DNA of 64,000 bases, taken from contig OX597823.1 in assembly GCA_951406725.2 (NCBI GenBank), forward strand, positions 12,400,001-12,464,000, given 5' to 3'. The notes below the pieces were generated by a model. It saw nothing but the letters and a program-made list of their open reading frames with translations, was not told the DNA's origin and did not search any database. The stretch comes from Octopus vulgaris (taxonomy: Eukaryota). Numbering within the stretch: the stretch's first letter is position 1; each line of letters starts with the position of its first letter. A program made the translations under genes and the position numbers. This document shows positions 39,354 through 53,554 of this stretch, one piece after another.

Positions 39354-40704
39354 ACCATAAATATGTTTATGTATCTATCTATTGTTGTCAATATTCTCTT
39401 TGTAATTTGGATGTCTGAAATGATAGTATATTTGTAGAGAATTGAAAAGCGGTGCATCTCACTTCAGTCTATTTATCTTTTACTGGATATGTGTTTCAAG
39501 TATCGAATTTTCCCCACGCACTTTGTATGTTCACTGCAGTAATTTTTGTTATTACCTGAATGAAATTGTTGAAAAAGAATATTTGTCGCATAGATTCAAT
39601 TCTATTGACGAAAGTGTAAAATTTTATTTCGTGCATTAGCACCAAAAGCTAATTAGAAATAATTATGTGCCGAGAAAACAACATTACCCGCACGACTAAT
39701 ATTTTAACAATGCTGGCAACTAAGACAGACAACAGTGAATATGTCTTGGCTTTATTAGAATTCTCCAGAGACGTGTAGACTTCAGTATATTTGCTGAAGT
39801 TTTGACAAGAGAATTGCTAAATAGATTCACAATATTGTACATGAATAGGCGTGAAATATTAACATATTTAAATACATAATTTAGTGAGAATATTTACATA
39901 AAGAACACTTATAGTTTCTTAGGTACGGATGGCGAATGTATAAAAGTATAAATTTATACGGTGTTGATCCAGCACATCTTTAATTGTACACCTGGAATTG
40001 TCTGAATAAGCATGTTTTGGGAAATAAAAGAATAGAAAAATACAAATATATTCTAATTATCACATCTAATGTTAAAGCAATGAAAAAATATACACCAGAA
40101 ACACCACACCTTCTTTGAAATTTTTTATATTCTTTCACTTTTATGCAAACATATTTGTATGCATACATAAACACAGACACATGTACACACACACGTGTGT
40201 GAATGCGTGTATTTCAGAAAACCGAGGAAACAATGGATGATGAAGATGTTTTTTAGTACTTGATGTGAAAGAGGTATATAGTGTTGTAATATTTCTGATG
40301 TTAGCCCTTCGTCTTAAAGGAAAAGAGAAAAAGCAACGAGTGAGGAGAATGTAAAAGTAAGTGAAATGTAAAAATTTAAAAGTAGAAATTACGAAATAAA
40401 AAGAATATTTGAAAATGACTCGAAGAGTAATATTGTGAAGACAAGCGATCGAAACGGAGATCTTCTGAAGGGCCAGTAATGTAATGTTACTCGACAGGGT
40501 ATATGAGCCTCTGCAGGTCGAGCTGCATAGTTGTGGTTCTATGGAGATGTGATTAGAATGACACGGGAAAGAATCGCAAGATGAATTCTACAAAATTAGC
40601 CAACTGGCAGGAAAGAAATAGGTGGATCAAGAATAAAGCACAGGGGACTGAGACTGGATAGAATTAGCATGGTATGGCCAGTAAAAAGAAAGATATATTG
40701 TTTC

Positions 40705-41125
40705 ATAAAAATGAAGGTGCTAAATTTTCCTTTGCGGTCTTTTGATCTTTTAAACTTATTTGGAAATTACTTCTTATCAATACTATTTTTTTGTTTATAT
40801 CTCCATCGGTCTATTCACTTTTTAATAAATTTGCGCTACATTTTTGACATGAACTTTTATATACTTAAGGGCATTCATCCTCCTTAAAACTAAACAACAA
40901 TAGAAAAGTATAAAAAGAGGAAGTAAAATAGTTATAGAAAACTTTTAAAATATATATAACTTCAGAAAATGTATAAAAGTACATACCGAAAAAATATAGT
41001 ATAAATTTATTAAAAAGGGAATAGACCGCTGGAGATATAAACCAAGAAATAGCATTGAAGGGAAATCATTTTCAAATAGGTTTAAGAGGTCTACAGACCC
41101 AAAATAATGGACCTTAATCTCAATC
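40705..41125. mobile_element. old fold-back element (arms ~40705-40865 / ~40965-41125) with decayed hammerhead
   Basis: TTTATATCTCCATCGGTCTATTC / GAATAGACCGCTGGAGATATAAA; AGG-TTTAAGA-GGTC-TACA-GACC-CAAAA...ACCT keeps stems I and II. Confidence 0.6.
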
Positions 41126-41507
41126 ACATTTTCTATTCACACTTGAAAATCCTTTCTAGCCCAATGAATTGTTGTGAAACCAAAACAGTACTCGCACCTA
41201 CAGTGAAGCACATGCACAGAAGAATTAACTGCACAACCGCAAGCACGCTCACACAACTGTATACTCAGATATTCATTAACTAACTTTAAGACCATACAAA
41301 GATAAATATTACCACACACAAACATATGTATAAATACATATAATTATAAACATATAGAGATATTTTAATAAATATAAAAACGGATACATACAAATGTATG
41401 GGTACCACTAAATACATATATATATATATATATATATATTTATAAATTTATAAAATTATAATAACAAATAAATCTAATCGATCTAATAGATTGTATTCAA
41501 GACAAAC

Positions 41508-41580
41508 CTCTGCTGAAGATTTATAGATGTTTATGTAAGTAAAATTGCATTTGCATTAGTAATGAAACAATTGTTCAGGG
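41508..41580 (+). ncRNA. type I hammerhead motif
   Basis: CTCTG-CTGAAGA(41513-41519)-stem II-GAAA(41564-41567)-CAATT-GTT-CAGGG; stem III palindrome AACAATTGTT; inside (TA)n-flanked element ~41440-41722. Confidence 0.7.
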
Positions 41581-41718
41581 TCAATCTATTTATTCGTTAT
41601 ATTTCATTTTCCTTCCGTTAAATGTAATGTTATTTCTAATTGGAAACTTCGTTTCTGTGGCTAAACTATCGGAGCTATTTTTAGCACCAGAGCTATCCAC
41701 ATAGTAGTAACTCTCTAA

Positions 41719-41764
<46 letters not shown>

Positions 41765-41765
<1 letters not shown>

Positions 41766-42156
41766 TAGCAGTATAGCCCGGCGTTGCTCGAGTTTGTTTC
41801 GACCCTTTAGAATAAGAATTTTTGAAAAGTAAAAATTTTGCATTATGTAGCTTGCTATTCTCTTTCAGTGAACATTTTTCTGGTTGAAATACACCGAAAA
41901 ATGGCGACGCAGCAGTCAAAAAATCGTAAAAAATAGGGATTTTCATAGAAAAAAAGCACCTTTTTGATGTAAATAGTTTTTGGTGTTAACATGGTCCGAT
42001 CTGAATTTTGTCTCCTACAGAAAGAAGAGCAAGCCTTCTTCTATCATACTCTTAATTTTGGTTAACTTGCGCCGCAGAGTCTCGGAGGAAATAGTGTTAG
42101 TTGAAGGCTACCAAACCTGCCATACACAGACAACTTCAGCTTTATATATATATAGA
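41765..42156 (-). mobile_element. non-autonomous Helitron (same termini as 36064-36463, different interior)
   Basis: CTAGCAGTATAGCCCGGCGTTGCTCG left end; CTTTATATATATATAGA right end. Confidence 0.75.
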
Positions 42157-42679
42157 TACATATATACACATTCATATACATAAATATGCGTACATACATA
42201 CATATACATTTAGATATGCATATACGCGTATAGACACATATGCATTTAGAGACTCATGTACAAATACTCGTAGTAAATTCTATACAGGTACTAACCCAGA
42301 CAAGCAACTTCAGCAGCGCGCGCGCTCACACACTCACATACATGTATACACATACTTATTTAAATATGTGCAAAGTTTACGTATAACTGAATATATACAC
42401 ACACAGAACAATATAAATGCAAACACACATGGCTATATAAATACGCATATTTCGATATATACCCATGCAGTTATAGAGATACTGATACATATACATTCGT
42501 ATAAACACTAATACCAGAATATAGGCATATATACATACATACATAAATATATACATACATAAATACATATATACATACATATATACATACATATATAGCT
42601 ATATATATACATACATATATACATACATATATAGCTATATATATACATACATATATATATATATATATATACATGTATG

Positions 42680-42715
<36 letters not shown>

Positions 42716-42735
42716 CATATATATATACATATATA

Positions 42736-43226
<491 letters not shown>

Positions 43227-43238
43227 TGTATATAATGC

Positions 43239-43302
<64 letters not shown>

Positions 43303-43305
<3 letters not shown>

Positions 43306-43474
43306 CGCAGGAGTGGCTGTGTGGTAAGTAGCTTGCTAACCAACCACATGGTTCCGGGTTCAGTCCCACTGCGTGGCATCTTGGGCAAGTGTCTTCTGCT
43401 ATAGCCCCGGGCCGACCAATGCCTTGTGAGTGGATTTAGTAGACGGAAACTGAAAGAAGCCCGTCGTATATATG

Positions 43475-43511
<37 letters not shown>

Positions 43512-43718
43512 TTGTGTGTCTTTGTTTGTCCCCCTAGCATTGCTTGACAACTGATGCTGGTGTGTTTACGTCCCCGTCACTTAGCGGTTCGGCAAAAGAG
43601 ACCAATAGAATAAGTACTGGGCTTACTAAGAATAAGTCCCGGGGTCGAATTGCTCGACTAAAGGCGGTGCTCCAGCATGGCCGCAGTCAAATGACTGAAA
43701 CAAGTAAAGAGTAAAGAG
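43303..43718 (+). mobile_element. SINE family S1, full length
   Basis: GGCGCAGGAGTGGCTGTGTGGTAAG A-box, GGTTCAGTCCC B-box-like, tail GTAAAGAGTAAAGAG; multiple copies in window. Confidence 0.93.
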
Positions 43719-43730
43719 ATATATATATAT

Positions 43731-43926
43731 AAAGTTAATCCAAACAAGAAAACAAAAAAAACAACAACGCAAGGACGTGGAACAAATAAAGTATTATTGG
43801 ACGCTCAGGAAAGAAGGGAAGAAGGAGGGTTAAACGTTTCGAGCGGAGCTCTTCGTCGGAAACATAGAAGGAAAGATCCCGAGAAGGGAAGACAGAGGAA
43901 AAAATCGCCAGTGGTACTCACGAGGT

Positions 43927-43930
<4 letters not shown>
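43731..43930 (-). mobile_element. short Penelope-like fragment with variant hammerhead (43829-43863)
   Basis: minus strand GTTT-CCGACGA-A-GAGC-TCC-GCTC-GAAACGTT-TAAC; between (TA)n and (TG)n. Confidence 0.55.
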
Positions 43931-43977
<47 letters not shown>

Positions 43978-44546
43978 ATACATGTATACATTTGTATGTA
44001 TAGGTATGTATATTTATAAGTATACCGTGGAATACTTTGTTATTCGGTGAAGTCCTTATAATATATTAAGGTATGTAGCCCTGAACCACGTCCATTGTCA
44101 AGCCTAATAGTTTTTATGCAAGAATGAAATTTGTGTTGCATGTATGTATGCATGTATGTATGTATGTATGTATGTATGTGTACGGGAAAGATTTGAAAGT
44201 GCATAACTTCATTTAAATTTATACACTTTCTAAATAGTAGTAGAAATAAATACCTAAATAAATAAGTACTTTGATGCCGTGATTACAGTTCTTTTCCCTT
44301 ATTTTCTTACTTCTAAAATTCTGTAAGATTTCTCTTATTAATATAAGCTGAACTTATTTTGGCAGTAAAGATATTTTTACTCTATTTAATGAAAACTGTC
44401 TTAAACACATACGTATATCGATTTCTGTAAGCATTGCTCTGTGCGTGGCCAATATTTCTTGACACCTACGGTTACGTATACCCATATGTTTAAATAAATA
44501 TATATATATTTATATTATATTACCTTATATTATATTGTATTATATC

Positions 44547-44631
<85 letters not shown>

Positions 44632-44785
44632 GTATATATATTTGTATATATACTTGTACATATGTATACGTATAAACATACGTATATATACACACAATAT
44701 TTATGAGTTATATATTTATAGACGCGCGTACATTCACACACTTATATGTTCATATAGATGTATCTATGGGAAGTATACATACATA

Positions 44786-44863
<78 letters not shown>

Positions 44864-46056
44864 CGCATATAAATACACGTATATGTATAACAATAATCAC
44901 AGGCACACATGCTCATAACCATATATCGATTTGTATTACTTGAGTTCCGAAGATTGGTATCACACACCTAAATCTACATTTACATATGCTGTATCTAACC
45001 ATATTTATAAAGTATCTATATTGAAATCTCCGCTTTGTTGTGCATGCATACTTTCTTCTCTGTGTCCAAGTCAGGGCTTTATAGAAAAATTTCAAGGTAA
45101 AAATTACCATGTATGTTGCGAGATATTACAGCTAGAGCTGTAAATTTCCAAAGACTTGACATTTCGCTTTCAGCTCTTTGTTATTTTGGCTCTCTGTAGA
45201 AATACATGCGTTGTAATAGAAAAGTCTGAATATCTAACCCGATCTATGTCGGACTTGATGCTAGATATTCGTCTGATCACATTTTGATTTGATTTACATT
45301 AACGGGCTAGCGTGGTGACTTCTATGCGCTGGCACGATTTGATCAAAATAACTATCGCATGTTCAAATCACACCCATTCGCATTGACAAAAAAGAAAAAA
45401 AAAAAGAATGAGGTATTAGTTAACGTCGTTCTACACATGAATTGTGCGTAAAGATGAATGATCAAGTCTTTGATCGGAGGTTTATTTTATTAGTAATGAC
45501 AGGCTACAGAAATAATGTGCATAGCCGTCACTTGCAAGCGAGTATTATTTGGGGATATGTACTTTCCTTTCGTGCATTCCTTTAGCTATTTTATGTAGTC
45601 ACAAGTGGATGTAGACATTATCCCGGCCAACTACCACTACTAGCAACAATTACAACCACAACAATAACATATTCATCATCATCATCTTCATCATCATCAT
45701 CAACAACAACAACAACTACAACAGCCGCTGTCATTTGATTATCCTCCCAATTCTAGTCGCCACTACTGTGTCCCGCTCTCAGAACCTTACATTACCACTT
45801 CATTGCTGTATTTAATATACATGCTTGGAGTTTCCCTTCAGATGTTATTCTGCAGAAGATTAAGATGAACATCGCTTGCAAATATTTCAGCAGTGGGAGA
45901 ACCTGCAAAAAACAGGCCTTATTCTACTCATACAAACGAAAATGCTTTGTAAAAACGGGGGAATAAAAATAAAATAAAATCTGTCACCTTCCCTTGCTCT
46001 GTAAACATTCACTTATGCAACTCAAGCACACTCGCTCAAATAGGTCTCTTAAAATA

Positions 46057-46508
46057 CAGCTTCGAATTTTAGCACAATTCCAAGTTAGGGGCAGAGGGTA
46101 AATCGGTTACGTTGACTCCAGCACTCAACTGGTATTTATTTTCCTTTTTACTCTTAGAAGATGAAATGCAGTCTACCTCGGCGTAATTTGAGCTCAGACC
46201 GAAAAGACGGATGAAATAGCGAAAAGCATGTTGCCTAACGTGGCTAACGACTCTGTCAGCTCGTTGCCTTATGTCTCTTAAAATATTGGCTTCAAATTTG
46301 GCAGAAGGCCAGGAAGGCCAGTAAGTTCGAGAAGCGGGTAAGTCGTTTATATCGATCCCAGTACTCAAGTGGTACTTATTCTATCGACCCTAGAAAAGAT
46401 GAAAGGTAAATTCGACCACGGATGATTTTGAACTTGGAACGTGAAGACAGACGAAATGTCACTAAGCATGCTGTCCGGCGTGCTAACGATTCTGCCAGCT
46501 CGTCGTCT
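46057..46508 (-). mobile_element. two diverged S4 SINEs in tandem
   Basis: 46057-46269 and 46286-46508, each reverse complement of the S4 unit; shared 16-bp flank occurs three times. Confidence 0.8.
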
Positions 46509-47299
46509 TACGCCTCTTAAAATATTATCAAAACAAGAAGGAAAATTCTTTCGTTTTGAATAATGTTTTATTTTATATTTTAAAAAAAGTGAACATTAAG
46601 GAATACAAATGGATCTGACATTTTATTTCCCCAAAAAATGACTAATGAATTTGCTCGAAGCAGATCATCTTTTATTTCCTCGAAATCTAGAAAATGGTTG
46701 TTGATTATTACCGCTAAATTAAAAGCCTGTCAGTCTTCATGGTTTTGAAGATAATAATTAAATTTTATACGTTCATCATGTCCTGTGAAAAGCTTTTGAA
46801 ACTTGAGATTTGATACCAGCTAAATCAGTATAACAAAAAAAATATATATATATATTTCGTAATTGGTTCTAGAACATTTTTTAATATCGCAATAATTGAG
46901 AAAAGCAATTATAAAACATTGCAAACAGCGGAAAAAAAGTTAAAATCAGTGAATTAGTAGCTGTATTTGTGATATAATAAGAGAAATATCTTATCCAAAA
47001 TCAATATACATATATACTTAGGTACAGACAGGCATACGCATACACAGATGCGTATATTCATATGCACACACATACACACACACGCACAAAAATGTGTATA
47101 GCATCATATATATTATACAGTTTATATCGTTATTCATATGTACATATGTATTTATATATGCATATATATTTATATATAAATGTCTATAAAGTATGCATAT
47201 ATGTATATATACATATATGTATATATATATATAGATATATGTATATATGTGTGTATGTATATATACATACATATATATATGTATATATGTGTGTGTGTG

Positions 47300-47332
<33 letters not shown>

Positions 47333-47700
47333 ACGTATATGCTCGTGTAACATTTAATTTTACAAAGAAATTATTTTATGTAATAATTCCCGTAATATGT
47401 TAGAAGAAAATTTCTTTACTAGACGTAATAAGCGATGAAGAATTGAAATACAGTTAAAGACGATAATAAATATATAAAAAAAAACAAAAAAAAAACATAT
47501 ACTTCCAGTTATAAAGTAAACGCTTTTTGGCAAATTTACTTATTGAGATGATTAATAAGGAATATTTGGAAAGCTCGCGAGATGTATATTCTGAAAAATT
47601 TTAATAGCAAATAAGAGATCTACCAGCTGCGAATTTGTTGATTTTGAAAAGAAAGAAAAGGAGCAGTAAGTTAGTTATGTCACCTTAAAAATTTTTTGAA

Positions 47701-47753
<53 letters not shown>

Positions 47754-47796
47754 GATACATACACACATACATACATACATACATACATACATACAT

Positions 47797-47932
<136 letters not shown>

Positions 47933-47937
47933 GTATG

Positions 47938-47968
<31 letters not shown>

Positions 47969-48199
47969 TTATATATATATAGTAAGATATATAAAGATAA
48001 GTACATATATATACATAATTGGTGTAAATTATTGCTATGCTTCTTTCTCTTTCTGTTCCTCTTGGATATCACCATCATCTTCGCCATCACCTTTATCTAT
48101 GTTACCGCCATTATCGTTATCATCAAATGTTGAACTATGGTATAGCAAATGAGATTGCCAAAACTACTATCATTAAATATGAAAAACCATCAAGAAAAA

Positions 48200-49620
48200 G
48201 TGGACAGACCCACTAAAGAGTTTCCAACACCACCTGAATCCTTCAAGGAGATACCTGTCATTTTTGGGTTTTGATTATAGTGGACCACATCCCTAAGCAA
48301 AATCTTTACCCTACCCAAAAGAAATTCATATAATCAAACAGGAGTGAGCAAAGACACCAAAAGTGCATGCATCCTTCTGATCTTGACTATGTGGTTGTTC
48401 TTGCTCTCATAGCTCATCAACTTTGTGATGCAAGACATATTAACGATGGTTAACAATGATCTAGCCAGAGTCAGTCCATTTTTAATGTAAAGAAGTTTGA
48501 TAAGATGAACATTAATGAAGATGAAAGCTACCCTCATCTTTCTTTCAACGTTGGAACACAACTCAGACAGTTCAATTGCTTGAACTACCTTGGGCCCTAC
48601 GTTACTGAGAGTAAACATTTCTTACGTGGTTGTTCTTGCTCTCATAGCTCATCAACTTTGTGATGCAAGACATATTAACGATGGTTAAGAATGATCTAGC
48701 CAGAGTCAGTCCATTTTTAATGTAAAGAAGTTTGATAAGATGAACATTAATGAAGATGAAAGCTACCCTCATCTTTCTTTCAACGTTGGAACACAACTCA
48801 GACAGTTCAATTGCTTGAACTACCTTGGGCCCTACGTTACTGAGAGTAAACATTTCTTACGTGGTTGTTCTTGCTCTCATAGCTCATCAACTTTGTGATG
48901 CAAGACATATTAACGATGGTTAAGAATGATCTAGCCAGAGTCAGTCCATTTTTAATGTAAAGAAGTTTGATAAGATGAACATTAATGAAGATGAAAGCTA
49001 CCCTCATCTTTCTTTCAACGTTGGAACACAACTCAGACAGTTCAATTGCTTGAACTACATTGGGCCCTACGTTACTGAGAGTAAACATTTCTTACGTGCA
49101 AGAGACTAGCCAGGAATGTTTATAACAAACCTCAAATAATATGGCAATCAAGTAATTTTAAATGAACAAGGTTTAGCTTCAGAAGGGCGTATGTATCGAA
49201 CTTTCTTCTATTTGGAATCGAAATCTTTAATCTTTAATACGTAAGAAGTAGCTTCAGGATCACCATGATGATGTATACGCCAGGCTAATCATCAGGGACT
49301 AAATATCTCTTGGGATGAGTACAACACCAAAGAAGAGATTTAAGACATATATATCTATTGTTGATGTTGTTGGTCAATGCAGAGTAATCTTCGTTAGCCA
49401 TTATTATCGTGTTAAACAAAAGCCTATATCAGATATAATATTTTGGAAACTTCTAACCCTCTCCAAACAGAGAACAAGGAGCATTCGACTACATTAATAT
49501 TATCGAAAGACACGCTTGAAATTGTGGATCTACTAACGGCAATGGAGAATAGCACAGCGTTTTGAGATACATCTCGGCTGTGGTTATTTGAAGAAAAAAA
49601 TTTAAACGAACTTTTATTCA
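48200..49620 (+). pseudogene. decayed RTE-clade LINE RT fragment
   Basis: DLDYVVVLALI (FADD region), NVKKFDKM, LNYLGPYV, YARL...LNISW motifs across frames. Confidence 0.65.
48391..49095. repeat. 3 x 235-bp near-identical tandem repeat
   Basis: units start at 48391, 48626, 48861; about two substitutions among copies. Confidence 0.95.
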
Positions 49621-49704
49621 AAATTTTGGAAGTCGACACTATACATAGATAAGACAACAAGGTTCGTAATTTTAAGAATTTCCTTATATTTCACTGTATA
49701 TTTT

Positions 49705-49835
49705 CTCTTCTACTCTAGGCAAAAGGCCCGAAATTTTAGGGGAGGTGGGGAGATGGTCGATTAGATCGACCCCAGTACGCAACAGGTACTTAATTTATCG
49801 ACCTCGAAAGGATGAAAGGCAAAGTCGACCTCGGC
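49705..49835 (-). mobile_element. S4 SINE 3' fragment
   Basis: GGTACTTAATTTATCGACC..AAAGGATGAAAGGCAAAGTCGACCTCGGC. Confidence 0.8.
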
Positions 49836-49943
49836 AAACAATGGCTTCTCTTAATATGAAAACCGATCCCAGAGGAAATTCCTTTGAATTGGACAAAACT
49901 ACTTCAACAGAAAAAAAGACAAGAAAATAAAATAATAGTGGAC

Positions 49944-50010
<67 letters not shown>

Positions 50011-50673
50011 GCACACACACACACACACAAACACACACGCACACATAGACACATTCATCTGCGAATCTAGAAAGTATAAAATATGGATTTGTTGGAGATA
50101 GAAAATTAAGGAGAACATTTCAGCTTTTTTATTTTGTAATCTCTTCTGATGTTCATGTTGGTTAAGCCCAGGTGGACTCTGAGAAAACGGAGTTTTGATT
50201 GTGGCCACTTCAGCAGTTGCAATTTCTACCTCTACATTATGGAATACTACCTTCTATTTTTAAGCCAATTACATATGTTTTGAGGGATATTTGGCTGCTA
50301 TGTCTTGCAGGTTGTCGAAACACGTAAGAGAGCTAAAGTTGCCAAAATGCTCTATAATGAGAAACGAGCTGAAGGCATCCTATTCGAGGCAAGTAAAAGC
50401 AACAACTACAAATACAACCAGCCATTGCTAGCATTACCTGAGTAGGATGAGGACAATATGAAAAGATACAACAGCAACAACTCTAGCATATGCGGCAACA
50501 GTTCTTAGAATATATATAAAAAAAAAAAAGATTCCAGTAAAAGACAAAACAATAGAAAGAACATCAACAACAGCTATAAACTCTTTTGAAAAAACAAAGA
50601 ATTGAAATTTTGGAGACGGAAATGTTGAATACTCGAACGATTTGTGCAAAGAAGTACTTCTCTGAACACTATT

Positions 50674-50722
<49 letters not shown>

Positions 50723-51195
50723 GTAACAACAACAATAGCAGCAGCAGCAGAAATAAAGATTTGCTCATGCACATGTTCTACGTTCGGCGTATTTCTCTCT
50801 CAATGGCAAAGTGGAATCAGAGATACGAAGTGGTGATATCAGCCTAGAATGAAAACACGGAAGTTGGCATTCCGAAAGCCATACAAAATAGTGGTGAGAA
50901 GCTAATGGGCCTGCCAAAGTGAACAAGTGCGACAGCATGAGCCTATAGAGAATTTCTACCCAAAGAGTGGGGAAATTGTTTTAGATCCAGGGGTGAATTA
51001 AGAATGCATAAGAATCTGTCTGATGCACTATATTATAAGTACTTAAGTAACCGCGGGAGTGCACCGGTGTTGAGAAAAATCATGAAATGTTCTGAATGCG
51101 TAGGTATGTAACGCATATTAAATTACTGCTTTTTGACTGAAAGATTAAACTTGTTTTTTCCTGTGAACTTTTAGAAACTCTGTTAGTAAGTAATG

Positions 51196-51578
51196 TGGAG
51201 GCGCAATGGCCCAGTGGTTAGGGCAGCGGACTCGCGGTCATAGGATCGCGGTTTCGATTCCCAGACCGGGCGTTGTGAGTGTTTATTGAGCGAAAACACC
51301 TAAAGCTCCACGAGGCTCCGGCAGGGGATGGTGGTGATCCCTGCTGTACTCTTTCACCACAACTTTCTCTCACTCTTACTTCCTGTTTCTGTTGTACCTG
51401 TATTTCAAAGGGCCGGCCTTGTCACTCTCTGTGTCACGCTGAATATCCCCGAGAACTACGTTAAGGGTGCACGTGTCTGTGGAGTGCTCAGCCACTTACA
51501 CGTTAATTTCACGAGCAGGCTGTTCCGTTGATCGGATCAACCGGAACCCTCGTCGTCGTAACCGACGGAGTGCTTTCC
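51196..51578 (+). mobile_element. SINE family S2, full length
   Basis: GGCGCAATGGCCCAGTGGTTAGGGCAGCGGACTCGCGG tRNA-like head, GGTTTCGATTCC B-box; AGTAAGTAA flanking duplication. Confidence 0.93.
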
Positions 51579-53029
51579 AGTAAGTAACATGAAATTGAAA
51601 GAGGCGTTAACTTCACCGAGGACCAAGAATTGGCAATATGTGCTGCATGTCTACACATGCTAGATATGTTAGAAAAACAGCAAAATCTATCACAGATCAC
51701 ACCCTAGTTAGCGTTAGTTTAAAAAAATAGAAAATATATATTGAATACTGTAGTAGAATATAACTTATATCATATAGAATTAGATGGCCACAACTAGAAA
51801 ATTTTGAGTGTTAATCTGGGGTTAAATGACAATATAAATATTAAATACCATGTAATTTCAAAGGTGTTCGTAAATACGGGAAATTTGAGGAGTAGAATAA
51901 AACGCAAAAGGAGTGATAGTGTGCGGAGTGGATATAAGAGCATTCTCTCCGCCCAAAGATAGACATCTGTTGAAGAAAGTACCATATGTTTATGGAAATA
52001 TAGAGACTTGCTTCCCAATTAATCATGGAACTTGCACAAATTCTTTTAAAGTTCAACATAGATATTTCCACGGAATTGGAGTCGTCTTAGATCTGAAGTA
52101 CGTTTTATGTCTCTCTTTATCTTTTTCTCTCTTTCTATCTCACTCCTTTTTCCCCTCTTCCACACACAGAGACACATGCAAATGCACTTACACATACAAT
52201 TGTGCAGGCTTAGTTGCGAAAATGTGCTTGTCTGTATTCATAGGTGAAAAAATTCAATATAGCTGGCACCCACTCTTCGATGTTATTTCAATGTGGCTCA
52301 GAGCAAATCGGTTGCGTCATTGCTTAAGAAAAGCCTTAATTTCAAAATAAGAATGATACTTTGGGACCCAAAATGATACAGGTAAACGTTAGTAGCTACA
52401 ATGATTACGAACCATTTATATTCTAAACAACCAGACTTCCACAAACGTTAAAAGACACTTCTGGTTTTATAACACGCGAAGCAATGATATGAGAACAACA
52501 ATAGTATTTTAAGACATAAAGTAGGTTTATGTAAATATAACAGGTAAGAAAAGCCTTGTAAAAACTCTTTAAACCTGCTCAGAACCTATTTAACCGTCTG
52601 ATACAATCGAACATTTTTCTATAGTATACAATGTCGATTTAAACGATATGCAGTGGAACATCAACATCTCCATTAGATATGCTTTTCTCAAATATTGTCA
52701 AAGTATTTTATTTAGCTTTTTCGATGTTAGTAAAACAAGCATTCAACCAAAGATTATACGAGGGTTGTATGAAAGTCTTGAGCCTAAAAAGAAAAAAAGA
52801 AAAAAAACAAACAAACATGGTACAAGACTTCTGATGAAGGTGCAAGACTTCAAGGCTCAAAGGTCTTGAAGGCTCAAAATTTTTCAGTCACCCATCGTAG
52901 AATGATTCCCCTATGGAAATATGTAATTTTATTTCCATTCTAGTAATCAATAACTGACAAATATTTAAAGTCACTGAAACGGTTTAAACACGTATTTTAA
53001 TATAAATGTTCAAATGACGCGTGGAATAT

Positions 53030-53244
53030 TCTTTTCGATTCTAGGTACAATGCCCGAAATTTTGGAGGAGGGAACTAGTTGATTAGATTGACCCCAGTAC
53101 GCAACTGGTACTTAATTTATCGACCCTAAAAGGATGAAGGGAAAATTGGACTTTGGTGGAATTTGAACTCAGAACGTAAAGACATTCGAAATACCGCTAA
53201 GCATTTCGCCCGGCGTGCTAACGTTTCTGCCAGCTCGCTGCCTT
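53030..53244 (-). mobile_element. S4 SINE with TSD
   Basis: flanked by GACGCGTGGAATATT / GACACTTGGAATATT. Confidence 0.85.
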
Positions 53245-53447
53245 GACACTTGGAATATTATAAAGAGTATCACGAAGAACCAGAGGAAAAGATCCACCGT
53301 GGCAAATTTTGCCTCTTTTATTATTGTAGGGCAGATCAAATAATAAGAGTAAAAAGTTGGGTCAAAAGCATCTACTGTACCTCCTTGAATCTCTGCAGTT
53401 TTATGCTCGTGAGATATATCACTATTTTAATGCAGTTGCTGCTGCTG

Positions 53448-53502
<55 letters not shown>

Positions 53503-53554
53503 TACTACTATTACTACTACTACTACTACTACTACTACTAATAATAATAATAAG

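Noticed and set aside
39410-39458. GATGT-CTGAAATGA...GAAAAGCGGT-GCATC hammerhead-like motif (also 40270-40320)
   Set aside because: Core spacing is broken; too degenerate to call
40400-40700. Possible Penelope linker or GIY-YIG coding relic on the minus strand (ITGP motif)
   Set aside because: Only a few residues match; cannot be supported without a profile search
48334-49088. Three similar 83-94 aa minus-strand ORFs resembling a small gene family
   Set aside because: Antisense frames of a tandemly triplicated RTE fragment whose real coding strand is +
51196-51270. tRNA-like sequences (also 60061, 43303, 58333, 63075)
   Set aside because: SINE heads continuing into family-specific bodies; no proper acceptor stem, so not tRNA genes
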